This document shows, in pieces, positions 9,931 through 21,577 of a DNA stretch of 64,000 nt; the stretch's first letter is position 1, and every line of letters begins with the position of its first letter. Location of the stretch: NCBI GenBank assembly GCA_051117555.1, contig JBNPEG010000017.1:1-64000 (forward strand). The letters run 5' to 3'. The notes beneath the pieces were generated by a model, which was not told the DNA's origin, made no database searches, and saw only the letters and a program-made list of their open reading frames with translations. Source of the stretch: Elainellaceae cyanobacterium (GTDB taxonomy: Bacteria; Cyanobacteriota; Cyanobacteriia; CAZCXK01). Position numbers and translations under genes: made by a program.

Positions 9931-12099
9931 CTAATTTGTGACCCGATCAAGGGGTTCTCGGCTTTCTAAGTCATCGATAATAAAATGTCCATCCATCTCA
10001 TTTTGAGTCATTGAGGATTGGACGGGAATATCTCCCCCGTTAATGACTGCACCTAAGAACTGAATGTCCTCTGATTCTAGGAACTGTTCAACCGCTTCAG
10101 CTAATAATCCTTCCTCTGTAAAGCCAGGGCGAGTCACGAGCACCATGCCGTCTGTTTGAGGTTCTAGAAGGAGGGCATCGTTGTACCGACTTAAAGACGG
10201 CGTATCAAGAATAACCATGTCAAATCGCCCTCGAACATCTTCGAGCATTCGCTTCATTTCGCTAGATTCAAGGAGCGCTGCGGCTTGCCGCTGAGGCCCT
10301 GGACTCGGAAGGATATAGAGATTTTCAACATCGGGAACCAGGCGAATGCAGTCATTGATAGTCCCGTAGTAGCGTAGGGGTTCAACCTGGCTATCGGGAT
10401 CAGGAGTTACGTTGAGGACGCCAGCGTGGGAGGGCGATCGCAAATCAGCCTCAACTAGCAACGTCCGTTTGCCTGCCCGTGCAGAGGCGATCGCCAGATT
10501 ATAGGCCGCAACGGTTTTTCCTTCACCCGTTACCGTACTCGTTAATAAAACTATTTTAGGCGGAGTACTGCCTGCTGCTCGTCGCAAATTGCTTCTAAAT
10601 CGCTCAAATGGCTCAATATAGGGAGAATCAAACGCAACAACGACGGGAATGTCTTCTCGATTAGAATCCACTGGCATGAGTGGCAAAAGCCCCAATGTGG
10701 GAACTTCTTGCTGGCGCAGCGCAGATTGCAAATCGGGCAAGGTATGGAAGGTTGCATCCAACGTGTCGAGGAGAATAATGAGCCCGCCACCCACTAATAG
10801 GCCAACAAATCCACCGACGACCAAAATAATAAACGGATTGCGCCCAATCTCATCCGCTGCAGATGCCTGAGGAGGCTGAGCAATGACTAAGTTGCCAGGG
10901 GTTTCCTTCTCTGCCAGCGTGACATCCTCTAGCCGAGCTTGAATTTGGTCATAAAATGCTTTCTTCAGATTGACTTCTTGAGTCAGTCGAGCCTCCTCTA
11001 GCTGCTTATTAGGAAGCTGTCGATATTCTTCACGAAGCTGCTGCTCTGATTGATTTAGCGCCTCTAGCAACTGCTGCTGGGTTTCACGCTCGGTTTGTAA
11101 TGTAACTAATTGATTAGCAAGTTCTTGTCGGGCTGGATCTAAGCTACTATCTTGACGAATACGAGCTGTCCCACTCAGAGGTGCAGCTAGCTCATTACCG
11201 CCAATCACTTCTCTAACTCGTTGCCGAAGCAAATCCTCAAATGCTCGCTGCTGTTCTCTCAGAGCCAACATATCAGGATGCTCAGGGCGCAATCGCTGTC
11301 CTAACACTGCTAACTGGCTCTCATTTTGATAAATATTGGCTCGGAGATCTGCAATGATGGGGTCGGCACTCAACGCAGATGATGCATATGCCTGATCAAC
11401 GCTTAGCCCTAAGCGCTGTTCTAAACTGCGGATCTGAGCATCTAAACCCGCTAATGCTAACCGAATTTGTCGCTGCTGATCTTGGCTTCCCGTGATTGCA
11501 CTGACCAAGCTTCCATCTCGTGCAGCCTGTAGCGCGGGGCCTTCCTCGCGGATATACCTTTCTAAGTTTTGCTCAGCCCGCCGCAAATCTCGCTCAACCT
11601 GGGGTAACAGCTCATTGAGATTCTCCGTAATTCGGTTGAGCTGCAGTGTGTTAAACGACCGGCTCTGTTCAGCCATTGCTTCCATGAGCAGTTCGGCTAC
11701 CTGATTCGCTCTCTGTCGATCGGTATCTTCATAGGTTACCGTTACCTGCAAGACGGGTTCGGTTTCAACTTCAACGTCTGTACTCCGGCGAATAGTGCTT
11801 GGGTCAATATTAATTTGCTCTTGGGCAATCTGCTGGGCAACGAATTCAACCACTTCATCTGACAATAATCGGGCTTCTGTGAGCGCTTGTCCTTGCTGTC
11901 GGAGAGTTGCAACAGTTGCAGAAAACGTTAAGGGTGGTTCAACGTAAGCTAGGATACCTTCTGATACATAGCTCACGGGGGGGGCCGGTTGAAGGGCAGC
12001 AACACCTGATAGGCCCATGACCACTGCAAAGCCTGCGAGCCCAGCCCATTTATGGCGATCGAAGGCTACAAGATATCGCTTGACGAGGGGTGGAGTCAT
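9931..12099 (-). CDS. Wzc/GumC-family polysaccharide co-polymerase with tyrosine-kinase-like domain
   Basis: Two TM segments flanking a coiled coil; EPFERFRSNL; Walker A GEGKT; ADLRSP; ILDTP. Confidence 0.9.
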   Translation of the reverse strand: MTPPLVKRYLVAFDRHKWAGLAGFAVVMGLSGVAALQPAPPVSYVSEGILAYVEPPLTFSATVATLRQQGQALTEARLLSDEVVEFVAQQIAQEQINIDPSTIRRSTDVEVETEPVLQVTVTYEDTDRQRANQVAELLMEAMAEQSRSFNTLQLNRITENLNELLPQVERDLRRAEQNLERYIREEGPALQAARDGSLVSAITGSQDQQRQIRLALAGLDAQIRSLEQRLGLSVDQAYASSALSADPIIADLRANIYQNESQLAVLGQRLRPEHPDMLALREQQRAFEDLLRQRVREVIGGNELAAPLSGTARIRQDSSLDPARQELANQLVTLQTERETQQQLLEALNQSEQQLREEYRQLPNKQLEEARLTQEVNLKKAFYDQIQARLEDVTLAEKETPGNLVIAQPPQASAADEIGRNPFIILVVGGFVGLLVGGGLIILLDTLDATFHTLPDLQSALRQQEVPTLGLLPLMPVDSNREDIPVVVAFDSPYIEPFERFRSNLRRAAGSTPPKIVLLTSTVTGEGKTVAAYNLAIASARAGKRTLLVEADLRSPSHAGVLNVTPDPDSQVEPLRYYGTINDCIRLVPDVENLYILPSPGPQRQAAALLESSEMKRMLEDVRGRFDMVILDTPSLSRYNDALLLEPQTDGMVLVTRPGFTEEGLLAEAVEQFLESEDIQFLGAVINGGDIPVQSSMTQNEMDGHFIIDDLESREPLDRVTN

Positions 12100-12353
12100 G
12101 GCAATAAAGGGAAGTCCTTAAAAACTATTCTCTAAACGCAATTCACAATGAAAAAGCTGATCCAAATATGAAAACTGCCAACCTTAGCACCCATTTTTTT
12201 GTTCGATTCCGGTTCGATTCAGACTTTAATTTAATTCAGAGTTTGAATCAAACGTGAGGCAATCTTGAGTCGTGCTTCAAGCGCACTCAATACGTGGCCT
12301 CAATTATAGGTTTAAGTTTACGGATTTGAGCAGACATTGTTACGCTTGTTACG

Positions 12354-13568
12354 CTAATTCTCTTCTCCTCCCACAAAATCGACAATCGTATCAAACAGAA
12401 ATAGAAACTGCAGAGGATCGCGAATCGGCTGAGCGACTCTTGTAAAGAAGAATGAAATCCGAGCGACTAGGTTTCGACCGATAATAACAATATCCTCATC
12501 TTCGAGGGTAGGATTTTGGGATAAATCTCCTCGAAGTGCATCTTTCGCATCGATTTCTTGGGCTATGTAGGCGCCGTGTTGAGGATCAAATCGAATCAAG
12601 GCAATATCTGATAAATCAGCATTTGTCAGATCTGTTCCTGTGCTAGTTAGAGCATCCAGAAAATCGCTGCCGCTCGGAATCGTTAGGTTTCTCAATCCAC
12701 GCGTGTAATCTAAAAGACGTACGTTAATTTCTGGCTGGGCAAGCGTCGAACGCGCAATTAACGTGCGGTCATACTGTTCAATTTCTTGGGCGGTTAACGT
12801 CGGCACAATGATGACGTCGCCATCCGCAAGCTGAATATCTGGCAAATCGGTAGCTTCACTTAATGGCGTAAATAAATCGATATTTTGCTCAATCGTATTC
12901 ACGACTGCACCCGTTTGATCGCGAATAGGACGACGGATTTGAATCGTTCTAAGGTTGGCAAGGCGAGTTGTTCCGCCCGCCGAAAATAGGGCTGTTGAAA
13001 TTTGAGGATTAGGAAGGGGATGGAGCCCTGGTCGTGCGACTTCTCCCAAGATTGTGACAGCCACTGGCCGCTGAGCAACTACTGTCACCCCAACATCAGG
13101 ACTAATAAAGAAACGTTCGAGCTCGGACTGAATTCGAGCTTCGGCTTGTTGAAGCGTTAAGCCTTGTAAATTAATGACGCCCGCTAATGGAATGACTACA
13201 TTACCCTGTAAGTCCAGAGTTGCTTGGAAGCTTGCCTCGGGAAACCGTCGCACATTTGCAAAGAAGGCATCGCCAGGCCCCAGACGATATTGATCAAAAG
13301 CGGGATTGATTGGCGATGATGGAGGTGCGGTTGATTCAGGAGCCACCTCTGGAACCGTCTGGGTCTCTTGCAATCGTCGGTTGACCTCTTCTAACTCTTC
13401 TTGGGCGGAAGAGGGTTGCGCTTCAAATTCAAATGTTTGAGCATGTTGATTTTTGGGTATCAAAGATGGGTCAGCGGCAAACGCTGATAGTCCTTGATTT
13501 AATAAAAACAGCATCATGGTTGAGATTACAGATGCTGATGAACCCAGTCGCATGAGTGAACGCTGCAT
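12354..13568 (-). CDS. Wza/SLBB polysaccharide export protein
   Basis: YRLGPGD poly-export motif, ILGEVARPG, SLBB-like repeats; ATG at 13568 chosen over the track start at 13688. Confidence 0.88.
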   Translation of the reverse strand: MQRSLMRLGSSASVISTMMLFLLNQGLSAFAADPSLIPKNQHAQTFEFEAQPSSAQEELEEVNRRLQETQTVPEVAPESTAPPSSPINPAFDQYRLGPGDAFFANVRRFPEASFQATLDLQGNVVIPLAGVINLQGLTLQQAEARIQSELERFFISPDVGVTVVAQRPVAVTILGEVARPGLHPLPNPQISTALFSAGGTTRLANLRTIQIRRPIRDQTGAVVNTIEQNIDLFTPLSEATDLPDIQLADGDVIIVPTLTAQEIEQYDRTLIARSTLAQPEINVRLLDYTRGLRNLTIPSGSDFLDALTSTGTDLTNADLSDIALIRFDPQHGAYIAQEIDAKDALRGDLSQNPTLEDEDIVIIGRNLVARISFFFTRVAQPIRDPLQFLFLFDTIVDFVGGEEN

Positions 13569-13715
13569 ATAGTAAACGTTGTGATAAGGGGGCTTCAGCC
13601 ACGGTGGGGCTGAAATCAGACGATAGGAGCTATATGATCTAATCCGTTTTAATCGAATATCGGCATCGATGAGAAGGGTTTCGGTCAATTAAATGGAGAA
13701 TCGCGCCAAGTAGGC

Positions 13716-14474
13716 TTAATGAGCATCAAAAATGTGTTGCTCTAGATTCGATTGAATCACTATCCCAGTGCGTTCGGCTATCGATCTAGCTGCGTCAATA
13801 TCTCCTAATGGTTTGATGGGAATCAGAACGCTAACCGCGACCCAGGGCATTCGTTGACGATCGCGCCATTGAGCCCATTGATCAGCCCAAAACCATCGAC
13901 TGCTATCCGGATGGCCTCCATCAGACCATGCATACCACTGAAGGACGGCATATGTGCCCTCTGAGTTCCATCCTCGAAAATAGCGCGGCTCGATAGCCAC
14001 ACGTTTTTTAGACGGGGCTGGAGCAGAATTATCGTAGGACGCCGAAATACGCAGATGCTCATGGGAATCGGTTTTCCACTGCTGCACGCCGTTGAGATCC
14101 ATCCATTCGACTTGAGGCTGATCTTGATGTCGAGTTTGGGGACGAAGAAACACATATACGGGCGATCGCACTTGATCATTGTCAAACATTGCCTGAAGAT
14201 CGGGGGCGTCTGGCTCAATCGCTTGGATAGACCACTTACGCCCGCCAATATTTCCGATATGTTGCTCCAGCGTTTGCCAATCAGAAAAAGTTAGCCCCTC
14301 TTTTTGTAACTGTTTGAGTTTGTCTAGCACGACAACTTGTGGTGGATTAGCCCACGACCAATTTCCAGTGATGTAATTGGGTAAGACAGTAAATAAGGCG
14401 ATCGCCAAAACCAGTAAGGCAACAAACATTCTGATTGTCTGTTTCCGAGTCAATGCATAGTATGACGATTCCAT
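13716..14474 (-). CDS. Cyanoexosortase B system-associated protein
   Basis: N-terminal TM, QPQVEWMD, AVLQWYAW, WFWADQ; directly downstream of the exosortase. Confidence 0.85.
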   Translation of the reverse strand: MESSYYALTRKQTIRMFVALLVLAIALFTVLPNYITGNWSWANPPQVVVLDKLKQLQKEGLTFSDWQTLEQHIGNIGGRKWSIQAIEPDAPDLQAMFDNDQVRSPVYVFLRPQTRHQDQPQVEWMDLNGVQQWKTDSHEHLRISASYDNSAPAPSKKRVAIEPRYFRGWNSEGTYAVLQWYAWSDGGHPDSSRWFWADQWAQWRDRQRMPWVAVSVLIPIKPLGDIDAARSIAERTGIVIQSNLEQHIFDAH

Positions 14475-14531
14475 CGTGCGACCCTCTCGATATTTTGCAA
14501 CCCGATAGTATTAACAAGCGCTGTGGTGTAT

Positions 14532-15428
14532 TTAGGTATCTGACTCATCGGCAAAGAGTGGAAACCAGCGATTAATTGCATAGAGAATTACGACTAATAA
14601 CCCCAACATGCCAGCAGAGTAAAGGTCGCCTCCCCATCCCTCATGCAGCCATGCAAACGCCCGTTCATGCCCATTACCGTGAAAATAGGTCAGCAGCGTA
14701 TTGCGAAAAATATTAGCTGTGGTGCTAATCATAAAGATACTCAGCACAAAGCAAACGGTTTTTGAACGAGATGCCCATGTGCCTGTCCAATATAGGAGCA
14801 TCAAACCGACATATAGGCTGGTGAATAGCATTTTGAGTCCTGAGCAGTGGGGAGCAACTTCTACAACCCGATCATTAACTAGCAAATAGATTTGATTGAC
14901 CTGAATATCCATACCGAATTGCAACAAAATAAACCCGGCTGTGCCTGCGATAAATCGCTGGAGCGGCAGCGTATAAGGCGCAATGAGATAGGGCAGTTCG
15001 GTCGGGGTCGCCAAAAACACCAGCAGGAGAGGAAATGCCTGCAATCGCAATCCAGATGCTCCTTTAAGCCATAAGCATAAACCCGCCAGAGTGAGCGACA
15101 GTGAAAGATTAATCGGATCTGACAATCCGCTCAAATAGGCGGCCATGCCCAGCACTAACAGAGCCAAACCGCCGATGTGACTAGTATTGGGCAAGGCTTG
15201 CCAGCGATCGCGATTGCTCCAGACTAGGTAAGCCGCAAACGGCAAGCCGATTAACCCATGGCTAAAATACTCGTGCTCCAGGCTAATTGACTTGTTGAGC
15301 CAGCCGTCATACCAGTGAACCATCAACGGCAGGTAGAGAAGCGCAACCAGGGCAATCGCAACGAGTTCAGATAACTCAAATCCAAGCAGTTGGGGTAATT
15401 TGAAGCTCACTCGGTCTTGCGTTCGCAT
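14532..15428 (-). CDS. crtB: Cyanoexosortase B (PEP-CTERM-type sorting transpeptidase; not phytoene synthase)
   Basis: EHEYFSHG, VAPHCSG catalytic Cys, ANIFRN, WLHEGWG; multi-TM. Confidence 0.9.
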   Translation of the reverse strand: MRTQDRVSFKLPQLLGFELSELVAIALVALLYLPLMVHWYDGWLNKSISLEHEYFSHGLIGLPFAAYLVWSNRDRWQALPNTSHIGGLALLVLGMAAYLSGLSDPINLSLSLTLAGLCLWLKGASGLRLQAFPLLLVFLATPTELPYLIAPYTLPLQRFIAGTAGFILLQFGMDIQVNQIYLLVNDRVVEVAPHCSGLKMLFTSLYVGLMLLYWTGTWASRSKTVCFVLSIFMISTTANIFRNTLLTYFHGNGHERAFAWLHEGWGGDLYSAGMLGLLVVILYAINRWFPLFADESDT

Positions 15429-15491
15429 GGCATTTTCAGATGTTGAACGACATTATCTCAGCACTCAATGGGCACTACTAAGTTGCCCATA

Positions 15492-16655
15492 CTAAACTGG
15501 CACAACCCCCTCAACCATCGCTTCAATGGCATCTACAACCTGATGAATTTGATTTAGAGTAAGTCCAGGATACAGGGGCAGGGAAAGGACTTGACGACTT
15601 AATGTTTCAGCATGGGGGAAGTCACCAGGCTGATGTCCTAAGTCTTGAAATGCAGGCTGCAGATGGCACGGTAACGGATAATGAATCCCCGTCTGAATTC
15701 CTCTTGCGGTTAGCTCAGCTTGGAGAATACACCGATCGACTGGGCATTCTGGCGTGACCCGAATGACATAGAGATGATAGACATGGCCATCACCGCTGAC
15801 ATTTTTTATGGGAACAATGCCCTTGGTGTGAAATGGTTCTAGCAGACGATCATAATGTTGAGCAAGTTCATATCTTTCCTGATTCCAGCCTGATAAATAA
15901 GGCAATTTCGTTTTGAGAATCGCCGCTTGAAGCGTGTCTAGTCGACTGTTGGTCCCGTAATCAGTGTGATGATACTTTCGAGGTGCGCCATAGTTTCGAA
16001 GCGATCGCATGGTCTGAGCGATAATATCTTCACGCGTCACAATCATTCCTCCATCACCAAAAGCTCCCAGATTTTTACTGGGATAAAAGCTAAAGGCAGC
16101 AGCGATGCCAACTGAACCCGCTCGATACCCATTGCGTTCGGCCAAGTGCGCTTGGGCTGCGTCTTCAAATATTATTAAGTCGTAGGTGCTAGCTAAATCT
16201 AAAAGCTGCTGCGGGCAAACCATCTGCCCATACAGATGAACGGGAATAATGGCTCGCGTACGCGAGGTAATAATCTTTTCGGCGGCAACTAGATCGATGA
16301 GAGCGGTGTTGGGGTCACAATCGACAAATACAGGATTTGCCCCTGCTCGCAATACGCCAATCAACGTTGCAACAAAGGTGTTCGCAGGCAGAATCACCTC
16401 ATCGCCTGCCCCAATTCCACATGCGCCTAACCCCAAGGCGATCGCATCGGTGCCCGAGGCAACCCCGACTCCATAGTTGACCTCACAGGCGTTGGCGAAC
16501 ATCGTTTCAAATTCTATAAGGGCGTGCCCCAAAACAAAGTCGCCGTGCTCAATGACATCATGAATTGCCTCATCTAATTTGAACTGAATAGGCTGATGCT
16601 GATATCGAAAATCGACGAAGGGAATCGTGACCTTGGTGCTGCTCATAAGTTGCAT
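15492..16655 (-). CDS. DegT/DnrJ/EryC1/StrS aminotransferase
   Basis: PVHLYGQ, EDAAQAH, FSFYPSKNLGAFGDGG. Confidence 0.94.
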   Translation of the reverse strand: MQLMSSTKVTIPFVDFRYQHQPIQFKLDEAIHDVIEHGDFVLGHALIEFETMFANACEVNYGVGVASGTDAIALGLGACGIGAGDEVILPANTFVATLIGVLRAGANPVFVDCDPNTALIDLVAAEKIITSRTRAIIPVHLYGQMVCPQQLLDLASTYDLIIFEDAAQAHLAERNGYRAGSVGIAAAFSFYPSKNLGAFGDGGMIVTREDIIAQTMRSLRNYGAPRKYHHTDYGTNSRLDTLQAAILKTKLPYLSGWNQERYELAQHYDRLLEPFHTKGIVPIKNVSGDGHVYHLYVIRVTPECPVDRCILQAELTARGIQTGIHYPLPCHLQPAFQDLGHQPGDFPHAETLSRQVLSLPLYPGLTLNQIHQVVDAIEAMVEGVVPV

Positions 16656-16943
16656 GATCTAAGTCTCAGGAATCAGGAACGGAATTGATTGATATCCACA
16701 GCGCACATGCCCCCTACTACTAACCTAAACAGTTACTCCTTTATTCAAATAGAGGAGACGCTTAGAAAGCATGAAGAGTCTATGAAACATAGACAGGGAT
16801 GACCTAAGCACTTGATTGACTGACCGACCTTTTATGCCAGCCGTCATAGACGCACCGTGGCTTTTCGTGCTCCTTTTTGTGTAGGGTTCCCGAAATAGAC
16901 CCTGAATTGCGGATTCGCCAGAAATTAGATCGAGCTTAAAGAC

Positions 16944-16973
16944 AAAAAATCAGACGAATAATAATTCGTCCGA
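16944..16973 (-). terminator. Intrinsic terminator of rpaA
   Basis: Minus strand TCGGACGAAT-TATT-ATTCGTCTGA followed by a T run. Confidence 0.7.
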
Positions 16974-17005
16974 CCGAAGCGTATTCATAAAACGGGATGA
17001 TGACG

Positions 17006-17761
17006 CTAGGACTGAGTCACGGATGATGATTCTGCGTTATCTTCTGCAGATTCGGGTGGACTTGGCAATTCTAAACAGTAACCCGCACCGTAGACTGTCT
17101 TGATATAACGGGGATGACGAGGATCAGGCTCTAGCTTGGTTCTCAAATGTCTTACATGCACCCGAATCGTCTCAATATCATCATCAGGGTCATATCCCCA
17201 AACTTCTTTCAAAATTTCGCTCGGAGATACAGTTTGCCCGTGGCGTTGGAGCAGGCAATGAATTAGCTCAAATTCTAAATGCGTTAATTTAACCGTTTTG
17301 TCAAACCAAATAGCTTCTAGGCGTTCTGGAACGAGTGTAAGAGGCCCATAGTTTAATATTTCGGTATGCTTAGCAGCTTGAGGAATGCGATCGGTGCGTC
17401 TCAATAGAGCTCGCACACGTGCTAGCATCTCTTCTACCTCAAACGGCTTTGTTAAATAATCGTCAGCACCCGCATTAAAGCCTTCGACCTTATCCTGAGT
17501 TTGTCCAAGGGCAGTTAACATCAAAATCGGAATATCAGCCGTACGACTGTCTCGACGCAGACGCTGGCACACCGTAAACCCATCAACCCGGGGCAACATG
17601 AGGTCGAGCATAACAAGATCTGGAATCAGCTGAAGCGCTAATGCCTGACCTTTGATGCCATCTGTTGCTTGGCTCACATCATAGCCAGCCATTTCTAAGT
17701 TTATGGCAACCAACTCTGAAATTGAGGGATCATCATCGATAACAAGTATCCGGGGCATCAT
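17006..17761 (-). CDS. rpaA: Circadian output response regulator RpaA
   Basis: [63 protein letters not shown]. Confidence 0.95.
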   Translation of the reverse strand: MMPRILVIDDDPSISELVAINLEMAGYDVSQATDGIKGQALALQLIPDLVMLDLMLPRVDGFTVCQRLRRDSRTADIPILMLTALGQTQDKVEGFNAGADDYLTKPFEVEEMLARVRALLRRTDRIPQAAKHTEILNYGPLTLVPERLEAIWFDKTVKLTHLEFELIHCLLQRHGQTVSPSEILKEVWGYDPDDDIETIRVHVRHLRTKLEPDPRHPRYIKTVYGAGYCLELPSPPESAEDNAESSSVTQS

Positions 17762-17978
17762 CCAATGGGTTTAACGACAAAAACCTTAAAAAATTCGAAA
17801 AATCTACTTTGAGGCAGAAGAATTACTGTACAGATTATAAGCATGAATCAGCGAGAGAAAAGACTCAGCCTTTCTGTATGAGAATATTCAGCGCATCACA
17901 ATAGCAGAAATTGCAGGATTGACAAGAGATGCAGTGTATTATAAAGCATCACGAATTATTTAGAAAAATTACGTTATT

Positions 17979-18003
17979 TATAGCGATCTTAAATCGCTTG
18001 TGA
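17979..18003. repeat. TATAGC-family repeat end
   Basis: TATAGCGATCTTAAATCGCTTGTGA; near-identical to 34317 and to the reverse complement of 50994-51018. Confidence 0.75.
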
Positions 18004-18095
18004 GGATTTGGATATGTATTGGTTTAAGTATATTGTAAACAAATGTACTTAAAGTCAGGTGCGATAAATCAGGTCAACGTACAGTCACCCAAACT

Positions 18096-18201
18096 TATAG
18101 CAATTTTCAATCACGCTAAGTACAGAATAAGTGCAGAAATGGTGGTGTGGGACGCGGCGCGCCAAACACCGCCGGGCTTAACTCAATCGCATACCGCTAT
18201 A
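18096..18201. repeat. TATAGC...GCTATA dispersed MITE/REP-like element
   Basis: Inverted termini, internal GC hairpin (CGCGGCGCG); homologous to 32576-32667. Confidence 0.75.
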
Positions 18202-18234
18202 AATCTGGGGCAGCTAGGAGATTAGATCTGGCTG

Positions 18235-19293
18235 CTATACTTTGCGATCGCACCAGTCTAGAATGCGATTCCATGCCCACCACGGATCGGGATCGTTTGC
18301 CTGCTTCTGCCCGTACCGGCTGCTGTAGTAACCCACATGTCCGCCACACTGGGTAAGCACCAAATCGACTGCTGAATTATGCTGACAGGCTGTTTCCAAA
18401 TCGGCGATAACGGCTGGATCAAACATCGGATCGTCAGCAGCATATATGATCAACGTTGGTTTTCTGAGATGGGGAAGTAGGGGAAGAGGGCTAGATGCCT
18501 CGTAATATTCACTGACCGATGAGAAACCGAGGCGATCGATGACAAGTTCTCGATCAAATCCTCGAATGCTGGTTGTGCGAGCGATCGCATCTGGATCAAG
18601 CGTATTTGGATGGTCGTCAGAAATTCGCTGTGCTAATCGCTTCAGCTCTTTGGCGATCGCCTTTTCCAAATAACGCCCCAGCGGAGCATTCATTAAATAA
18701 GTCAGGGATCGATTGGAGTCTAAATTAGGACAGATAACGGCCCCTCCACCAATCTCTGCTTCGGAAATATCTAGCCCTGATGACGGGGCGATCGCTTGGG
18801 ATGCTTTGACGCCCCACAAGGCAAGTTGTCCTCCCAGAGAAAACCCCATAAACCAAAAAGGGGAAGGGCAACCCGCTGCTTTGGCTTGAGCAGCAATATG
18901 GACAAAATCGTCCCCTTCACACAGCCCATCCGATGTCAGCGTGGGCGACAGTTCTGCGGTTTTGCCGTGGGCTCGCCAGTCAAACAGTAACACGCTATAG
19001 CCTCTGGCAAACGCCTTGCGACCTAGCAATCGAAGAAACCACTGATTGTCGAGGGTGCCTGTAATTCCATAGGTTCCAACGATGGTTCCCCGGCTTGGAG
19101 AAGATGGATGAGATGTAGCCAGCCAGCCAAAGATGGGTACATTGCCTGCGCCTCTGAAGACTCTTGGTTGATAGGTCGGTTCGGGAGGCAAATTCGTCGT
19201 TTTTTCTAGGCGCTGGGCAACGAGCGCAATGAACAACGTCATCATCAGCCCATTTCGCAAATACCAAGGCGGAATGAAGGATGGATACTGCAT
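18235..19293 (-). CDS. YheT-family alpha/beta hydrolase
   Basis: FDWRAHG, GFSLGG, AADDPMF, GGHVGY. Confidence 0.88.
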   Translation of the reverse strand: MQYPSFIPPWYLRNGLMMTLFIALVAQRLEKTTNLPPEPTYQPRVFRGAGNVPIFGWLATSHPSSPSRGTIVGTYGITGTLDNQWFLRLLGRKAFARGYSVLLFDWRAHGKTAELSPTLTSDGLCEGDDFVHIAAQAKAAGCPSPFWFMGFSLGGQLALWGVKASQAIAPSSGLDISEAEIGGGAVICPNLDSNRSLTYLMNAPLGRYLEKAIAKELKRLAQRISDDHPNTLDPDAIARTTSIRGFDRELVIDRLGFSSVSEYYEASSPLPLLPHLRKPTLIIYAADDPMFDPAVIADLETACQHNSAVDLVLTQCGGHVGYYSSRYGQKQANDPDPWWAWNRILDWCDRKV

Positions 19294-19404
19294 GGCAGTT
19301 AAGGATGAGCCTGTTGTCGTGAAGCTGAAGACTCAATGCTCATTGACAGTGGATAGATTCGAAATCTCTCCAAATGAGCTCCAATGATTGGTTCGACGAT
19401 TTTA

Positions 19405-19869
19405 TTAGTCTTGACTAGTTTTTTGCCGCTCAGCCTGCGCATTCAGAGCATATTCCTTAAACCGCTTTAGATCTGCCTTAATGGTTGATTCTACAATTCG
19501 ACCGAGGAATAAATTATCCATCAGCCTGCCTAATAACCCAGGAATTGCATAGGATACGGTGAGCTTAACAACACTACTTTCATCCCGATCATAGAAGCGG
19601 ATTGCTCCTCGATTTGGCAAACCGCTCACTGACTCCCATTGAATAATCTGACGAGGAACCACCCGCAAAATTTTGGACTGCCACGTAAATTCAAATCCAC
19701 CGGACGCCAGCTTCCACTGGGAAAGTTCAGGATTGTCTTCCAATACGCGGACTGAATCAATCCATTTCATCCATCTCGGCATCTGTTCTAGATCCGACCA
19801 AAGACTCCACACGAAATCGACGGGGGTTTCGACTTCAATTTGGACGCTATGCTCTAGCCAATCAGACAT
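19405..19869 (-). CDS. SRPBCC/polyketide cyclase family protein
   Basis: MSDWLEHSVQIEV...WSDLEQMPRWM, GLPNRGAIRF; downstream of zds. Confidence 0.88.
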   Translation of the reverse strand: MSDWLEHSVQIEVETPVDFVWSLWSDLEQMPRWMKWIDSVRVLEDNPELSQWKLASGGFEFTWQSKILRVVPRQIIQWESVSGLPNRGAIRFYDRDESSVVKLTVSYAIPGLLGRLMDNLFLGRIVESTIKADLKRFKEYALNAQAERQKTSQD

Positions 19870-20017
19870 GAATCTTGAAGATATAGTGAGGAACTTAGGG
19901 GAATACAGGGAGAATACACGAAAAGAGGGATTAAGCGGAATGGGATTCAATGCAGTTCGCTAAAGCATCCCCGTAATTTGTTGCCGATGTCAACCCCTTT
20001 TAAGAGCGGATTAAGAA

Positions 20018-21463
20018 TCAGTGCTTGGCTGTAAACTCCTCCAAAATTGCGGTTGCGGCGCGTCGCCCGGAAATTGTCGCGCCTTCCATGCTGTCGATAT
20101 AGTCTTGCTGAGTATAGCTACCAGCCAGGAAAAAGTTTGGAATCGGCGTTTTTTGATTAGGACGGTATGGGTCCATGCCGGGGGCTTCTCGGTAAAGTGA
20201 CTGGGCAAGTTTGACCACGCTATACCACGTCATAGTGAGGTCACGAGATGACGGAAACAAATCATGAACTTGTTTAAGAACATGTTGGGCGATCGCCTCA
20301 TTATTTTGTTTGATAAAGGGATCACCCGGCGTCAAAACAGCTTGCAGAAGCGATCCTTGCCCATCTCGGTAATAGTCTCCTGGGCTTGCTAGTGCCAAAT
20401 CTGCAAAGCATGAAAAGTCTGCATCCGGAGTATAGAGCAGATTATCGAGCCCTGTAGCGTGGTTCAGTTGCCGACGCTCTGAGTCGTTGTGCAACTCGGT
20501 GACCCAGCCGTCAAACCGGAGCTGAACCGTCGCTACGGGGACGGTCTCTAACTTATAGATGTTGTCAAACTCACTCCACTGTCGCCATTCTTGCGGAAGT
20601 AATCGATGAACCCCTGGCACATCGCAGGCGCAGACATAGGCATCTGCCGCAATGGTTTCGCGGTGGTCACCATTCGCCACGATCAGGCCAGTAATGCAAG
20701 TCTGATCGTCTTGCTTATCAAACAAAATTTGCCGAACCTGGTGACGGGTATAAATTTTGACCCCCTTAGTATCGAGATAATCTAAGATGGGCTGATGCAG
20801 ATAGGTATGAGGTGAACCTTCTAGCATTCGCAAAATCGAGGCTTCGGTTTTTGCAGCAAAGAACTGAAAAATGGTAAGCATGCACCGAGCCGAGATATTT
20901 TCAGTGTCGATGAAGCCTAATGCGTAAGCGATCGGGTTCCACATGCGCTTGAGACTGCCCTCCGAACCGCCCTGCTTGCGAAACCAATCCGCGAAGCTGA
21001 TGTAATCTAAACTGCGGATGGTTTTCATCGCCCCATCAAAATCGACGAGCCCTCGAACTAAGGGGCTTGTCCCCAGTGCGATCGCATTCTGAGCTTTATC
21101 TTGGAGCGATAGCTGCGATGTTGTAAAAAATGCCTTTAATCCATTAAACGGAGCCCCGGTTAAAAACCGAAAGTCGAGTTCTCCGGTCTGTCCGCCCCGA
21201 TTGACGAAGGTATGGACATGCTCTTTGAGGCGCAGATTATCGATCGCCCCGACTTTTTGCATCAAATCGAACAGGTTGTAATAGCATCCAAAGAAAACGT
21301 GCAACCCCATTTCAATATGGTTACCGTCTGCATCGACCCAGCTTCCGACTTTTCCACCCACGAACGGACGAGATTCGAAGATTTCGATTTCGTGGCCTGC
21401 GTCAGCTAGTTCTACGGCGGTGGATAAGCCCGCTAATCCTGCTCCAACGATTGCAACCCGCAT
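20018..21463 (-). CDS. zds: 9,9'-di-cis-zeta-carotene desaturase (CrtQ/ZDS)
   Basis: [39 protein letters not shown]. Confidence 0.95.
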   Translation of the reverse strand: MRVAIVGAGLAGLSTAVELADAGHEIEIFESRPFVGGKVGSWVDADGNHIEMGLHVFFGCYYNLFDLMQKVGAIDNLRLKEHVHTFVNRGGQTGELDFRFLTGAPFNGLKAFFTTSQLSLQDKAQNAIALGTSPLVRGLVDFDGAMKTIRSLDYISFADWFRKQGGSEGSLKRMWNPIAYALGFIDTENISARCMLTIFQFFAAKTEASILRMLEGSPHTYLHQPILDYLDTKGVKIYTRHQVRQILFDKQDDQTCITGLIVANGDHRETIAADAYVCACDVPGVHRLLPQEWRQWSEFDNIYKLETVPVATVQLRFDGWVTELHNDSERRQLNHATGLDNLLYTPDADFSCFADLALASPGDYYRDGQGSLLQAVLTPGDPFIKQNNEAIAQHVLKQVHDLFPSSRDLTMTWYSVVKLAQSLYREAPGMDPYRPNQKTPIPNFFLAGSYTQQDYIDSMEGATISGRRAATAILEEFTAKH

Positions 21464-21577
21464 TCTGGCTCTATACCTCTAAGTTTCTTCACATATTGTA
21501 ATAGGAAGCGGACTCACTTATCCGTCCTATGAGGTCCTATGAGAGGTTACAGCACGGGGGCAGGATTGCCGTCCTGC

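Noticed and set aside
14532..15428. crtB read as phytoene synthase clustered with zds
   Set aside because: Symbol collision only; the protein is a multi-TM exosortase with no DDxxD motifs.
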